Below, one piece after another: positions 1 through 9,609 of a DNA stretch of 64,000 bases. The notes under the pieces were generated by a model, which did not search any database, was not told the origin of the DNA, and saw nothing but the letters and a program-made list of their open reading frames with translations. The number at the start of each line of letters is the position of its first letter. Positions within the stretch are counted from its first letter, which is position 1. The translations under genes were made by a program, and so were the position numbers. Origin of the DNA: an uncultured delta proteobacterium (GTDB lineage: Bacteria > Myxococcota_A > Polyangia > Fen-1088); contig CAWCMR010000025.1 of the NCBI GenBank assembly GCA_963796685.1, positions 1,312,001 to 1,376,000 on the forward strand, given 5' to 3'.

Positions 1-564
1 GTACTCTTGATCCAGCCTCAGGTGGGCATTCGCGAAGAGCTCACCGGCCGGCAACAATTGCACCTGGCTGCCGGATTCAGCTATGCGGTGACACTCCGTC
101 GAACGGACATTGCCAACCTGACCTGGTATCCCGCGCCACTCCTTCAGATCGATCTCATCTCGGTCTTGCAGCGAACGCGCACGGCTGTCGTACGATCGAC
201 CCTGGGTGCGGGAACGACAGAGTTCGTTGACCCCGTGCTTGGCGCAGTGGTCTCGCGTGGTCTCGCCCAGGCGGGTGTAGACGCCCAACTGGGGCTGTGG
301 AGCGTGGGGGCACGCTGCGCGTTTGCGACCGATCTCTCCAGGACTCTGCCTACCATCGGGAATGTCTTCCCTGACGAAACCGCCGTGTCGGCCGAGATCC
401 CGGTTCGCTATCGCACGTCGAGACACCTGGTTGTCGAGCTCGGGGGGCGATACACCGAGCGCGCTCCCCACCTGGGCGCGCCGGGGTTCGCCTGGCACAA
501 CCGAGAGCTGTGGCTGTACCTCAATCTGACTGCCTCTTCGCGGCCCTCGTCCACGCGCTCCTAG
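1..564 (+). CDS. Hypothetical protein, 5'-truncated; possible outer-membrane beta-barrel associated with polysaccharide export
   Basis: Frame is open from base 1. Alternating hydrophobic beta-strand-like segments (e.g. HLVVELGGRY, ELWLYLNLT). Adjacent to polysaccharide genes. Confidence 0.45.
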   Translation, partial: VLLIQPQVGIREELTGRQQLHLAAGFSYAVTLRRTDIANLTWYPAPLLQIDLISVLQRTRTAVVRSTLGAGTTEFVDPVLGAVVSRGLAQAGVDAQLGLWSVGARCAFATDLSRTLPTIGNVFPDETAVSAEIPVRYRTSRHLVVELGGRYTERAPHLGAPGFAWHNRELWLYLNLTASSRPSSTRS

Positions 565-645
565 CACTCTTGGCATCGCGCGCCTGGGTCGGTGGCCGCG
601 CGGAGTACCGGCCACGTCGCGCGTGACCGACTTCGATGTCATCGT

Positions 646-1974
646 ATGATTGGTGCCATGACCAACGTCGCAGCGGATAGGTCCGACCCGAGCACCCTGG
701 TGCTGTCCGGGGAAACTCAGGAGGCATTGGAAGCCGCCACGCTGAGGCTGGCGACCTGGATGGCTGAGGGCTGCCGCGACGGAACCGTGGGTTGGCCGCT
801 GCCGGAGCTCGCGGCCGCCTTGCGCAACCGCTGCAAGCCGCTACCCTGGCGTCGGGCAGTGCGCGTCGATAGCTGGCGAGACGCGATCGCCGCCCTTGCG
901 AACAAGAGCCGCCAGGTGACAGCGACGGCGATGGCGAGTCCGCCCAAACTGTTTCTATCGTTTCCCGGCCAGGGCTCGCTGCGGCCGGGGGTGCTGTCAC
1001 GACTGTCGACCGGCGCGCCAGCCTGGGCCGCGCACCTCGCGCGCTATTCCAACCTGGGCCGCGAGCTTTCCGGCTTCGACAGCGCCGTGTGGCTCGGCGA
1101 TGCCGGGGCCGACGCCGATCCCGTGCTCAAGGACAACGCCAAGACCCAGCTCGCCATCTTCTGCGCGGGCGCATCGCTTGGCCGCTGGCTGCTTGACCTC
1201 GGCTTGCGCCCCGACGGGTACATCGGCCATTCGCTCGGGGAATGGATTGGCGCCAATCTCGCGTCTGCGCTCAGCGACCAGGACGCCATACGGGCGGTCC
1301 ACCACCGCGGGCGGTTGATGCAGGCCACCGGAGCCGGCGCGGCGCTCATCGTGCGGTTGGCGCCGGATGTCCTGGCGCCGCAATTGCCCGATGAGATCTC
1401 GCTGGCCTGCGTGAACGCGCCCGACGTGTGCCTGATTAGCGGTCGCCCCGACGCGATCGCGGCCTGCGGCCAAAAGCTCTCCGCTGCGCATATCATCACA
1501 CGCTCGGCCCCTATCCACGTCGCTGTGCACTCGCCCGCGATGGACGAAGTGGTCGAGCCATTCCTGCGCGAGCTCGCGCCGCTCGACTTCGCCGCGCCCG
1601 CGACACCGCTGTTGTCGACCGTGACCGGTGAATGGATGACCGATGTGCAAGCGCGCGACCGCGAGTACTGGGCCCGGCAGCTGCGCCGCCCTGTGCGCTT
1701 CGACAAGGCTGCGAAGACGCTGCTGGCCGAGCCGTGCGCCGTCGTGCTCGAGGTGGGCATGGGCGCTGCGCTCACCAGCCTGGTGACCATGCAGGCACGC
1801 GGCCGCGCCAACCTGCGTGCCCTGCCCCTGCTGGGCCGTGACGAGCCGCCCGCCGAGGGCTACGACCCTGTCAGGGTCCACCAAGCCCTGGCCGAGCTGT
1901 GGGCCGCCGGTATCGCCATCGATCTGACGGGCGAGGTAGAACCGACGCGCCCCGCGCCCAAATTGCCGATCTAA
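646..1974 (+). CDS. Stand-alone type I PKS-like acyltransferase (KS-AT linker + AT domain)
   Basis: LVLSG...WRRAV linker, FPGQGS, active-site GHSLGEW, RGRLMQ, VAVHS, STVTG, YWARQLRRPVRF, LEVG. Start uncertain (592/646/658). Confidence 0.85.
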   Translation: MIGAMTNVAADRSDPSTLVLSGETQEALEAATLRLATWMAEGCRDGTVGWPLPELAAALRNRCKPLPWRRAVRVDSWRDAIAALANKSRQVTATAMASPPKLFLSFPGQGSLRPGVLSRLSTGAPAWAAHLARYSNLGRELSGFDSAVWLGDAGADADPVLKDNAKTQLAIFCAGASLGRWLLDLGLRPDGYIGHSLGEWIGANLASALSDQDAIRAVHHRGRLMQATGAGAALIVRLAPDVLAPQLPDEISLACVNAPDVCLISGRPDAIAACGQKLSAAHIITRSAPIHVAVHSPAMDEVVEPFLRELAPLDFAAPATPLLSTVTGEWMTDVQARDREYWARQLRRPVRFDKAAKTLLAEPCAVVLEVGMGAALTSLVTMQARGRANLRALPLLGRDEPPAEGYDPVRVHQALAELWAAGIAIDLTGEVEPTRPAPKLPI

Positions 1975-2000
1975 GTCCAAGCTAGACCGAAGTCCCGGGG

Positions 2001-2693
2001 TCACTTGCCATAGCGATCGAAGCCCCCAGAGGCCAGGCGCATCCCGGTCGCGACCATCTCGCGATCGATGACCAGGTGGCCCATGAGGCGTTCCTGGGGC
2101 AGGCCGAGGGTCCGGGCCGAGGCGATCAGCTCGGAGAAGAAGATGCCTTGTTGCGGTACGAGCTCGACATGAGCGTCGGAGAATTCAAGGTATCGCTTGA
2201 AGGTTGGGAAGAGCGCCTTGTAGGTCGTTTCCTTGGCCGAAAAGACCATGCGCGCATGGACCCCCGGGTCGGCGGCACGGTTGGCTTCGCGCAGCTCTTC
2301 TCGGTCGAGCACCAGGGACCACACCTCGGCGGGAAGAGGCAAGCGCGGCTCGGCGTCGAGGCCCAGACCCAAAGCCGTGCTTCGATGGGCAACCGCGACG
2401 GCACAGAACCCGCCCGGAAAGCCGTCGGTGTGGGTGATGGAGCCGACCACCGATGGCGGCCAGATGGGAGTACGGTCAGCCCTCGCGAGCAAGGGAAAGT
2501 CGATGATGCCAATTTCAGCCAAAGCCTTGCGTGCACAGCTTCGCCCAGCCCTGAGCTCCTTCCGTCGCTTCTCTACCGAGTTGGCAACGAGGACGGCTTC
2601 TTCGGGGCGAAGCGGCTCGTGTTCCCCATCAAGAGTTGTCTCCCTCACAACCACGCCTGGCAGGCCGAAGAAGTCAGCAAGACGCACTAGCAT
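2001..2693 (-). CDS. 4'-phosphopantetheinyl transferase (EntD/Npt-like)
   Basis: KRRKELRAGRSCARKAL, PIWPPSVVGSITHT, GLGLDAE, FSAKETTYKA. Confidence 0.9.
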   Translation of the reverse strand: MLVRLADFFGLPGVVVRETTLDGEHEPLRPEEAVLVANSVEKRRKELRAGRSCARKALAEIGIIDFPLLARADRTPIWPPSVVGSITHTDGFPGGFCAVAVAHRSTALGLGLDAEPRLPLPAEVWSLVLDREELREANRAADPGVHARMVFSAKETTYKALFPTFKRYLEFSDAHVELVPQQGIFFSELIASARTLGLPQERLMGHLVIDREMVATGMRLASGGFDRYGK

Positions 2694-2718
2694 CGCTCGG
2701 GGGAATGGCTCGCAGGCG

Positions 2719-4128
2719 TTACCAGGCGTTGCGACCCTTCACCGCGCTGAAAATGGTCATGAAGATGATCTTCAGGTCGAGCAGCAAATTCCAATTACGA
2801 ATGTACTCCAGATCGTGTTCAACGCGCTGTTGCATCTGTTGGAGGTCGGCTGTTTCCCCTCGTAGGCCATTGATCTGAGCCCATCCGGTGATGCCTGGCT
2901 TGACGATGTGACGGAGCATGTACCCATGGATGAGGCCACGGTACTGCTCGTTGTGAGCCACCGCGTGCGGCCTCGGCCCGACCAGGGATAGCTCACCCGT
3001 GATGACCTGCAGGAACTGCGGGAACTCGTCGAGGGAGGTCCGCCGCAAGAAGCGCCCTACCCTGGTAATACGCGGGTCGTTCTTGGAGGCTTGAACGATG
3101 TTTGGCCCGTCCTCGCAAACGCTCATGGTGCGGAACTTGAGGATGCGAATCTTCTTGCCGGATAGACCGTAGCGCCATTGGCGGAAAATGATCGGACCAG
3201 GCGAGCTGACCTTGACGGCAACAGCGATGCAGATCATCGGAATCGCCGTGAGCAGCACGATAACGCTGCCCAAAACCAGGTCTTCCAGGCGCTTGACCAC
3301 ACCCACGATTCCGTCGAAGGGAGAGTCGTGCAGGGCCACGACAGGCAGGTCGCCAACCTGGGACCACTGCGCGGCAAGCAAGCTATACGAGAACAAATCG
3401 GCCACCAGATAGACGGCAGCTGTGGTGTCCGCGAGCAGCGAGATGAGCCCCGCCGTACGCAGATCGGCACGCAATGGAAGGGCGACATAGACGACATCGA
3501 CCACTCCCTCGCGGCACGCGCGAAGTAGGTCTTGCGAATTTCCCATGAACCGCAGGTGAGGATGCTTGGGAACGCCGCGACGCTTCTCTGAACGATCGTC
3601 GTACACCCCGTGCAACTTCAGCCCAAGCCATGGAAGCTTGTCAAACGACTCGGCAAGGCGTTCGGCATCCGCAGTGCAGCCGAGTATCGCAACGCGACGT
3701 TCGTTGTGCCCATGGGCGCGAAAAATGCGCAGTCCAACACGAACGCCGACGCGAAGCATACAAATCATGAGTGGCGCGAAGACGAACCAAGCAAGCGCCG
3801 TGACACGTGAGTAGTGGGTTGAGGTCTTGGTGAAAAACCAGAACCCGAGAAGCACCAGCGGGACCGGCAGCCACGCAACCAGGGTATGCCTGATCTCGCG
3901 AAGAATGCTCTCCATCCGCCAAGTGCGATAGAGGCCCTTCACCTCCGCTGAAAAGCCGTAGACCAGCAAGCCGATGACGGTAACGGTCATCGCATCCTGC
4001 CGCCAATGCTCCCGATAGACGGCGTAAGCCAAAGTCTGAGCGAGAATGATCATCGCCGCGTCGGCTAAGCGCTGCACAGAGCTAACCCACGTTGCATGCC
4101 TCCGAAGTGGACCGCTTGTTGATCCCAT
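2719..4128 (-). CDS. wcaJ: Undecaprenyl-phosphate glucose phosphotransferase (WcaJ-like priming glycosyltransferase)
   Basis: N-terminal TM helices; KFRTM, DPRITRVGRFLRRTSLDEFPQ, SLVGPRPHA, VKPGITGWAQINGLRGET. Confidence 0.9.
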   Translation of the reverse strand: MGSTSGPLRRHATWVSSVQRLADAAMIILAQTLAYAVYREHWRQDAMTVTVIGLLVYGFSAEVKGLYRTWRMESILREIRHTLVAWLPVPLVLLGFWFFTKTSTHYSRVTALAWFVFAPLMICMLRVGVRVGLRIFRAHGHNERRVAILGCTADAERLAESFDKLPWLGLKLHGVYDDRSEKRRGVPKHPHLRFMGNSQDLLRACREGVVDVVYVALPLRADLRTAGLISLLADTTAAVYLVADLFSYSLLAAQWSQVGDLPVVALHDSPFDGIVGVVKRLEDLVLGSVIVLLTAIPMICIAVAVKVSSPGPIIFRQWRYGLSGKKIRILKFRTMSVCEDGPNIVQASKNDPRITRVGRFLRRTSLDEFPQFLQVITGELSLVGPRPHAVAHNEQYRGLIHGYMLRHIVKPGITGWAQINGLRGETADLQQMQQRVEHDLEYIRNWNLLLDLKIIFMTIFSAVKGRNAW

Positions 4129-4253
4129 GTTGGTCTATCCTCCCCTAAGCTTGTTTAAACTTGTCCGTATTGTAGCGAGCGAGATTGAGTCAAGCACGCC
4201 ACTTCAAGTCAAAGGAAAATGGCCTATCGAGCGCGTTATCGTCCCCACGACCT

Positions 4254-5351
4254 CTAACGTTCAGTCGGTGTCACCACGGCACTGACGCAAAGATGATCGG
4301 AAGCGAGGGTTTCGCCCACGCGAAATTCGACAGCACGCAGGCCGGGACCCGTGAAGATGCGGTCGATGCGCAACCACGGCAACTTGCTCGGGTAGGTGTA
4401 GCCAAAGCCGCGGCCGACGCTGGCGAACGCGTCGTCGAGGTCGCCCAGATTATCGGGCACCATGCGGCTCAAAGCCGGAAGGTTGAAGTCGCCGGCCGCG
4501 ATCACCGGGTGCACGCTGGCCCGCACCGCCGCAGCCAGCGCCTCCACCTGGCGGCGGCGGCGGTAAGCGTTGAAGGTCAGCGTGTCGGCGTGGTGGCCAA
4601 GCAGCACGTGGCCGTGCCGCAGCTCATACAGGAAGCCCCGCCCGCGCATGTCTTCGAGGCCCTCGCGCGGCGAGGTGGTGTGGACGCTGAAGACGTCGAT
4701 CGGACCGAGATCGGTGGCAATCGTATAGGCCAGAAAGTGCGCCCCACCCTCGCGGTCCTTTTGGCCGCCACCCTCACCTGCCCCGTAGTGCAGCCGGGCA
4801 GGCTGTCTGACCTCGAGGATGGGAAAGCGCGAGGCGATGAAGAACTGGTCGCGTTGATCGACGTGCCAGCCGGCAAAAGCCTGTCGCAGCTGGAGAACCA
4901 GGCCGTCTTGAGCCTCCTGCAGCAACACCAGATTAGGCTGTAACTTCATGACCTGGGCCACGATGTTGGGCACACCACGAGCGCCGAGATCGATGTTGTA
5001 ACTGACCAGTCGGATGGCGCGCGGGTCTTGCGCAGCATCTCCGTCACGCCGCAGGCCGAGCTCGAGACCGAGCAGCGCGAACAACGCGAATAGCACCGCT
5101 GCCAACTGAAGCGCGAACCACCTGCGTGTGCCCCACCGCCAGGTCACGGCGAGCGCGACAGGCGCCGGAAAGAGAAAGCCGACGGGCGGCGCGTATTGGC
5201 CTACGAGCGGTGGCCACCAGCCCTCGCCCGAGAATCGCAGCAAAAGCCACGCCGTCAGCAGACCAAGTGGATAGCCTGCGCCAACGATCATGGCCACGCG
5301 GCGCTTGCTACGCATGGCATCGGAAGATGCTGGCTGGGTCATGTGTTGCAA
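4254..5351 (-). CDS. Membrane-anchored endonuclease/exonuclease/phosphatase (EEP) family protein
   Basis: Three N-terminal hydrophobic helices; SYNI, LLQE, AGDFN, RIDRIF, SDH motifs. Confidence 0.85.
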   Translation of the reverse strand: MQHMTQPASSDAMRSKRRVAMIVGAGYPLGLLTAWLLLRFSGEGWWPPLVGQYAPPVGFLFPAPVALAVTWRWGTRRWFALQLAAVLFALFALLGLELGLRRDGDAAQDPRAIRLVSYNIDLGARGVPNIVAQVMKLQPNLVLLQEAQDGLVLQLRQAFAGWHVDQRDQFFIASRFPILEVRQPARLHYGAGEGGGQKDREGGAHFLAYTIATDLGPIDVFSVHTTSPREGLEDMRGRGFLYELRHGHVLLGHHADTLTFNAYRRRRQVEALAAAVRASVHPVIAAGDFNLPALSRMVPDNLGDLDDAFASVGRGFGYTYPSKLPWLRIDRIFTGPGLRAVEFRVGETLASDHLCVSAVVTPTER

Positions 5352-5521
5352 CCGTCGCTAGGGCTAGGTGAGGCGGGTGGCCGCCATCCACCTCCTCCAT
5401 GGCCATGGCAAGATCCCCGTCCGTAACGGGCCCGTGCGGCCTGGAATGAGCGATCCTGCGAGGCGAGCCTGCAGCGCACTCGGGAAGGCGTACGTGATCT
5501 GCTTCATGAGGCTGCGGCGTC

Positions 5522-6511
5522 TTAGCTTTGCTTCCAGCGGGGGCTGTCAATGGTGGCGCGCCAGAAGCGGGCGGGTTCCTGGTCTTTGAAGAAGCGCTGG
5601 ATATAGTCGTGGCCGGCGCGCGAGAGTCGCTCGCGAAGCGTTCCATCTTCCAGCGCCCGTAGGGACTGGGCCGCCTTGTCGGGCGTATCGGCAACCAGCG
5701 CGGTTTCGCCGTCCCGCATGCAAAAATTGGCACTATTGGCGTTGCGCCCGACGACCACCATGCCGGCCGACATGGCCTCTTGCGGGGGCAAGGCGCAGCC
5801 CTCGACCAGCGCAGAAGCGAGGAACACTTGGGGAGTTCGAAAACGTTGGGCCAGCTCGGCCAACGGAAGGCCATCGACCATGGTCAGCTTCCAATAGTTG
5901 CCGCCGGTCTGCTGATACGCATGCATGGTTTCTTGAATGAACTCAGGACCCTTGCGCGGAAAGGCCATCAGTTCACCCGCGCGTCTCTCGGATTGGGGAA
6001 TGAAAGGAAAGGCCGAGGCGTCGACGATATTGGGGACGATGGGAATGTCTTTGCCGGAATACTCGCGCTTGCAAATGGCAAGCATGTGCGGCGAGTCGGT
6101 CCAGATGAGCACGCGCTCGCGCCGGTAATCGAAGTCGTGGTGAACGAAGATCGGGCTTTGTTCGTAGGCCACCGCCCAGCCGTCAATGCCGTCGATAAGT
6201 TGGGTATAGATATCGGGCAGGATACAGATATCGTCGGGACGCCTATCAGCCCAACGGACGAAAGGAAGCTTGTCGATTCCCCAGATGGGTCCATAGGTAT
6301 CCGTCCCAGACTCCGTTGCCAGCACTGCCTCGGCACCTTGGTCGCGAGCGACGGCACAGTGGCGCATGATATTGAGGGTCCCACCCCAGACCTGATCGGT
6401 GCGCATGTGCTTTGACCGACACAGCCGCCGCAGGGGCGAGCCTTCCAGCTTCAGCCGCAGCGCCGACTTTTGGGTTCGGTCGAGGTCGGGGATCAGGAAG
6501 AGGAAACGCAC
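5522..6511 (-). CDS. Glycosyltransferase (GT-B fold, GT4-like)
   Basis: EGCALPPQEAMSAG (EX7E) motif; N-terminal GG loop; sugar-gene context. Confidence 0.75.
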   Translation of the reverse strand: MRFLFLIPDLDRTQKSALRLKLEGSPLRRLCRSKHMRTDQVWGGTLNIMRHCAVARDQGAEAVLATESGTDTYGPIWGIDKLPFVRWADRRPDDICILPDIYTQLIDGIDGWAVAYEQSPIFVHHDFDYRRERVLIWTDSPHMLAICKREYSGKDIPIVPNIVDASAFPFIPQSERRAGELMAFPRKGPEFIQETMHAYQQTGGNYWKLTMVDGLPLAELAQRFRTPQVFLASALVEGCALPPQEAMSAGMVVVGRNANSANFCMRDGETALVADTPDKAAQSLRALEDGTLRERLSRAGHDYIQRFFKDQEPARFWRATIDSPRWKQS

Positions 6512-7674
6512 GACTCAGCTCCTTGACGCAACGTGGTGCGAACAACCCCGATGATGCGTTCGACCTGTTCGCCGGTGAGATGGGGTGAAAGCGGAATGGA
6601 CGCCGTGTGCTCACCAACATAGTACGCGTTGGGAAAGTCGTCCGGCTTGAAGCCGAAGCGCTTGCGGTAGTAGGGGTGGATGTGGAGAGATCGATAGTGA
6701 ACCCCGCAGCCGATCCCGTTCCGATGCAGCGTCTGTAGGAATTGGTCGCGCGTGATTCCCGCCGTGGCTTCGTCGATCAGCAAGGTGTAGAGGTGGCGGG
6801 CATGCAAGGTTTCTGCTTCTTCGGGGGCGGGCCTGACACAAGGAAGATCGGCGAAAGCTTCGTCGTAACGAGCCCAGATTTCGCGGCGCCGCTGTAGCCA
6901 CCCGTCGATCTTGGCAAGCTGGCGAATGCCGATGGCCGCCTGGACGTCGGTCATGTTGTACTTGAAGCCCGTGAAGATCACGTCGTAGTGCTTGTAGCCT
7001 TCGTCGCTGAAGCGCGACCAGGCATCGGCGCTCATGCCGTGCAGGGAGAGAACCCGTGCCTTGTTGGCGATGTAATCGTGGTCGGTGCAGAGCATGCCGC
7101 CTTCGATCGTCGTCATGTTCTTGGTGACGTAGAAGCTGAAGCAGCTGGCATCGCCAAGGGCGCCGATTTTGCCACTACGGTAGCGGGACTCGACGGCATG
7201 GGCGGCGTCCTCGATGAGCATCAGCCCGTGGCGATGGGCGATCTTTCGTAGGGAATCCATTTCACAAGGGCGACCGGCCAAGTGCACGGGAAGGATGGCC
7301 CGGGTTCGGGGGCAAACGCGCTCTTCGACCTGATCCGGGTCGATGTTCATGCTGTCACGCCGAATGTCCGCAAAAATGGGTGTGGCGCCCGAATGAACGA
7401 TGGCATTGCTCGTCGCCGCGAACGTGAGCGGCGTGGTGATCACCTCGTCGCCTTCGCCTAGCCCGGCGGCGACGAGTGCCAAGTGGAGGGCCGCGGTACA
7501 GGATCCGACGGCGACCGCATGGCGCGTTCCGATGTAGCTCGCAAAGGCGCGCTGAAATTCTTGGACCCGTGGGCCGGTGCCTGCCCACCCGCTGCGTAGC
7601 GTGGCGGCGACCGCCTCAATTTCCTCATCGGTGAAGCTTGGCTTGCCAAATACGATATAGTCCTTATTCGCCAT
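6493..7674 (-). CDS. DegT/DnrJ/EryC1/StrS family PLP-dependent nucleotide-sugar aminotransferase
   Basis: SCTAALHLAL, IEDAAHA, FSFYVTKNMTTIEGG (PLP lysine), GFKYNMTDVQAAIG. Confidence 0.93.
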   Translation of the reverse strand: MANKDYIVFGKPSFTDEEIEAVAATLRSGWAGTGPRVQEFQRAFASYIGTRHAVAVGSCTAALHLALVAAGLGEGDEVITTPLTFAATSNAIVHSGATPIFADIRRDSMNIDPDQVEERVCPRTRAILPVHLAGRPCEMDSLRKIAHRHGLMLIEDAAHAVESRYRSGKIGALGDASCFSFYVTKNMTTIEGGMLCTDHDYIANKARVLSLHGMSADAWSRFSDEGYKHYDVIFTGFKYNMTDVQAAIGIRQLAKIDGWLQRRREIWARYDEAFADLPCVRPAPEEAETLHARHLYTLLIDEATAGITRDQFLQTLHRNGIGCGVHYRSLHIHPYYRKRFGFKPDDFPNAYYVGEHTASIPLSPHLTGEQVERIIGVVRTTLRQGAESCVSSS

Positions 7675-7978
7675 GGCTTTCTATCTGCCTTCGCCAACGC
7701 AAGAGAGCATAGCAGTGGCCGGCCAGCCGGCGAGGGAAAAGCGGGCTTCGAAGCGCTAGCTGCGTACCGCTGGGCGGTTGAATCCATATTCGGAGCACTC
7801 GATGGTGCCAATCGGCGTCCGTCCACGAGGAGCCAAGCCAATATCGCGAACTCCAAGCTTGCCGAGGCGCTCCACGTTCTCTCTGCTATACAACCACCAC
7901 GGTCGTAGGCGTAGGCACGCACGAATCCGCCGCCAAGTACCTGGGATCCCCCCGCGTGGTCAAGGCATAGAATCGACG

Positions 7979-8863
7979 CTAGCCGCTGGTCGACTTGTCG
8001 ACGGGGTGGTCACCGAAGCGTCGCTTGATGAAATCGAGGAACAGCTCGGCGCGCTTCTTCTGAAGGTCGTTGCCGAGCTCGCCTGCCACGCGCTCGAAGA
8101 CCTGCTTGGCCCGCGCGGGATTGCCGAGATCGAGGTTGGTTTCGCCGAGCGCGAGCATGAGCTCGCCCTCTTGGCCTGAATCCGGGTAGCGGCGCAAAGC
8201 GCCTTCGATGCGCAGGACGGCGGCCTTGGGATGACCCCGGTCGAGATAGAAGCGGGCCACGTAGACCTCGTGCTCGATGAGTCGACGCAGGACCTCGCGA
8301 CGATAGACCGTGGCTTGTTTGAGGTACGGCGATTGGGGATATTTCTCCCGCGCGCTGTCGATCTCGCGGAGGGCGTCGCGCACGGACGATTGATCCTTCT
8401 CGTAGGCAGGGGGCAGGATGAACCAGTCGTCGGGCATCTCCTTGACGTAGCACTCGGCGATGCGAAAGGCGGCATAGCCGTCCTCTACTTTTTCGTGCGT
8501 GGGGTGCAGACGCGCGAAGCTCTTGTAGGAATCGATGGCCTCCTGATAATTGCCGCGAGCAAATTCCGTGTCTGCGAGGGCCAACTCGGCTAGGCCGGCG
8601 TACTTCGAGAAGGGAAACTTCTGTTTGACGTAGGTGAAGTAGTGCGCGGCATCGGCGTAGTTCTCTTTCTTGAGCTCCTCCAGACCGCGCTCGTAGTTCT
8701 GTTTCGCGGTCAGAGAATAGGTGACTTGCTTGCCGTCCTCGCTGGAGGCGCAGGCTCCTGCGCCCACGGCCAGGGCGATGGCAAGCGCAAGCACCGGCGC
8801 CAAGAAAGGAGCCAAGCACGGCATGGACCGATGGAAGAGAATCTTGTGGGTTGTCTGAAGCAC
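7979..8863 (-). CDS. bamD: Outer membrane protein assembly lipoprotein BamD
   Basis: Lipobox AGAC; TPR repeats; FPFSKYA, LHPTHE, HEVYVARFY...AAVLR pattern. Start may be downstream (MPCLAP). Confidence 0.85.
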   Translation of the reverse strand: MLQTTHKILFHRSMPCLAPFLAPVLALAIALAVGAGACASSEDGKQVTYSLTAKQNYERGLEELKKENYADAAHYFTYVKQKFPFSKYAGLAELALADTEFARGNYQEAIDSYKSFARLHPTHEKVEDGYAAFRIAECYVKEMPDDWFILPPAYEKDQSSVRDALREIDSAREKYPQSPYLKQATVYRREVLRRLIEHEVYVARFYLDRGHPKAAVLRIEGALRRYPDSGQEGELMLALGETNLDLGNPARAKQVFERVAGELGNDLQKKRAELFLDFIKRRFGDHPVDKSTSG

Positions 8864-8886
8864 GGGCGTAGTATCCTACGTTCGCG

Positions 8887-9600
8887 ATGGCCGCCCGTCC
8901 ATGGTATCTCCCACTTGTGCTCGCGCTTCTTGGGTCAGCCTGCTCGACCTGGAAGGTGGACTATCGGCGCAAGCAGACGCAAGGGGTGCACGAACGCGGG
9001 CCGGTTCCCCTCCTGGTCGGGAAACGCTGCGCGGATGGGATCTGTCGCTGCCGCAGCCCGCGCGACGGGGCCGAGGATCCGCCGCCCGCGGCGACCCAGA
9101 AACGCATCGAGATCCGGTTGTCGGCAACCAATGGAGAGGTGACCTTGGATTCGCCTTCGGCCGGGCATTTCGAGCAAGCCGGCCCGGAAGAGGCTTGTTT
9201 CTACGTCGATCTGGAGGCCGGCCTGATTCACGATTTTCACCTGGACAGCCGAGAGGGGCGCGAAGGAGGCGGGGTCACGCCTCACCTCCACCTCGCCGAA
9301 TATGGTCCCAAGGGCCCGTACTGGTACGATCTCGTCGACATCGCCTGCGGCGAGGGCGCGCGCGGCTGCGACCTCGCGTTGGCCCGCGACTGGGGCCAAA
9401 GCTGGGTCGCCAACCGCAGGCGAGGGCGCCTGGACCCTTGCGGCTCCATTGTGGTCACGGGCCTGAAATGGACGACGTCGGGCGGCGAGGATGCGCAAAA
9501 AGGTGGCCTATTGCGGGATTTCGAGTCTACCTTCTCCCTTGAAGTGAAGAAGTTCGCGACCCAGTTCCCACCGGGTGCGGCGGAGTGTCAGATCAAGTAG
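8887..9600 (+). CDS. Hypothetical Cys-rich lipoprotein
   Basis: Signal peptide with lipobox LGSAC; fills the gap between bamD and mpl; ends 9 bp before mpl. Confidence 0.65.
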   Translation: MAARPWYLPLVLALLGSACSTWKVDYRRKQTQGVHERGPVPLLVGKRCADGICRCRSPRDGAEDPPPAATQKRIEIRLSATNGEVTLDSPSAGHFEQAGPEEACFYVDLEAGLIHDFHLDSREGREGGGVTPHLHLAEYGPKGPYWYDLVDIACGEGARGCDLALARDWGQSWVANRRRGRLDPCGSIVVTGLKWTTSGGEDAQKGGLLRDFESTFSLEVKKFATQFPPGAAECQIK

Positions 9601-9609
9601 CGAGCGTTC

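Noticed and set aside
7795-7812. Possible sigma54 promoter (TGGCAC...TGC, minus strand) upstream of the aminotransferase
   Set aside because: GG-to-GC spacing is 11 nt rather than the required 10.
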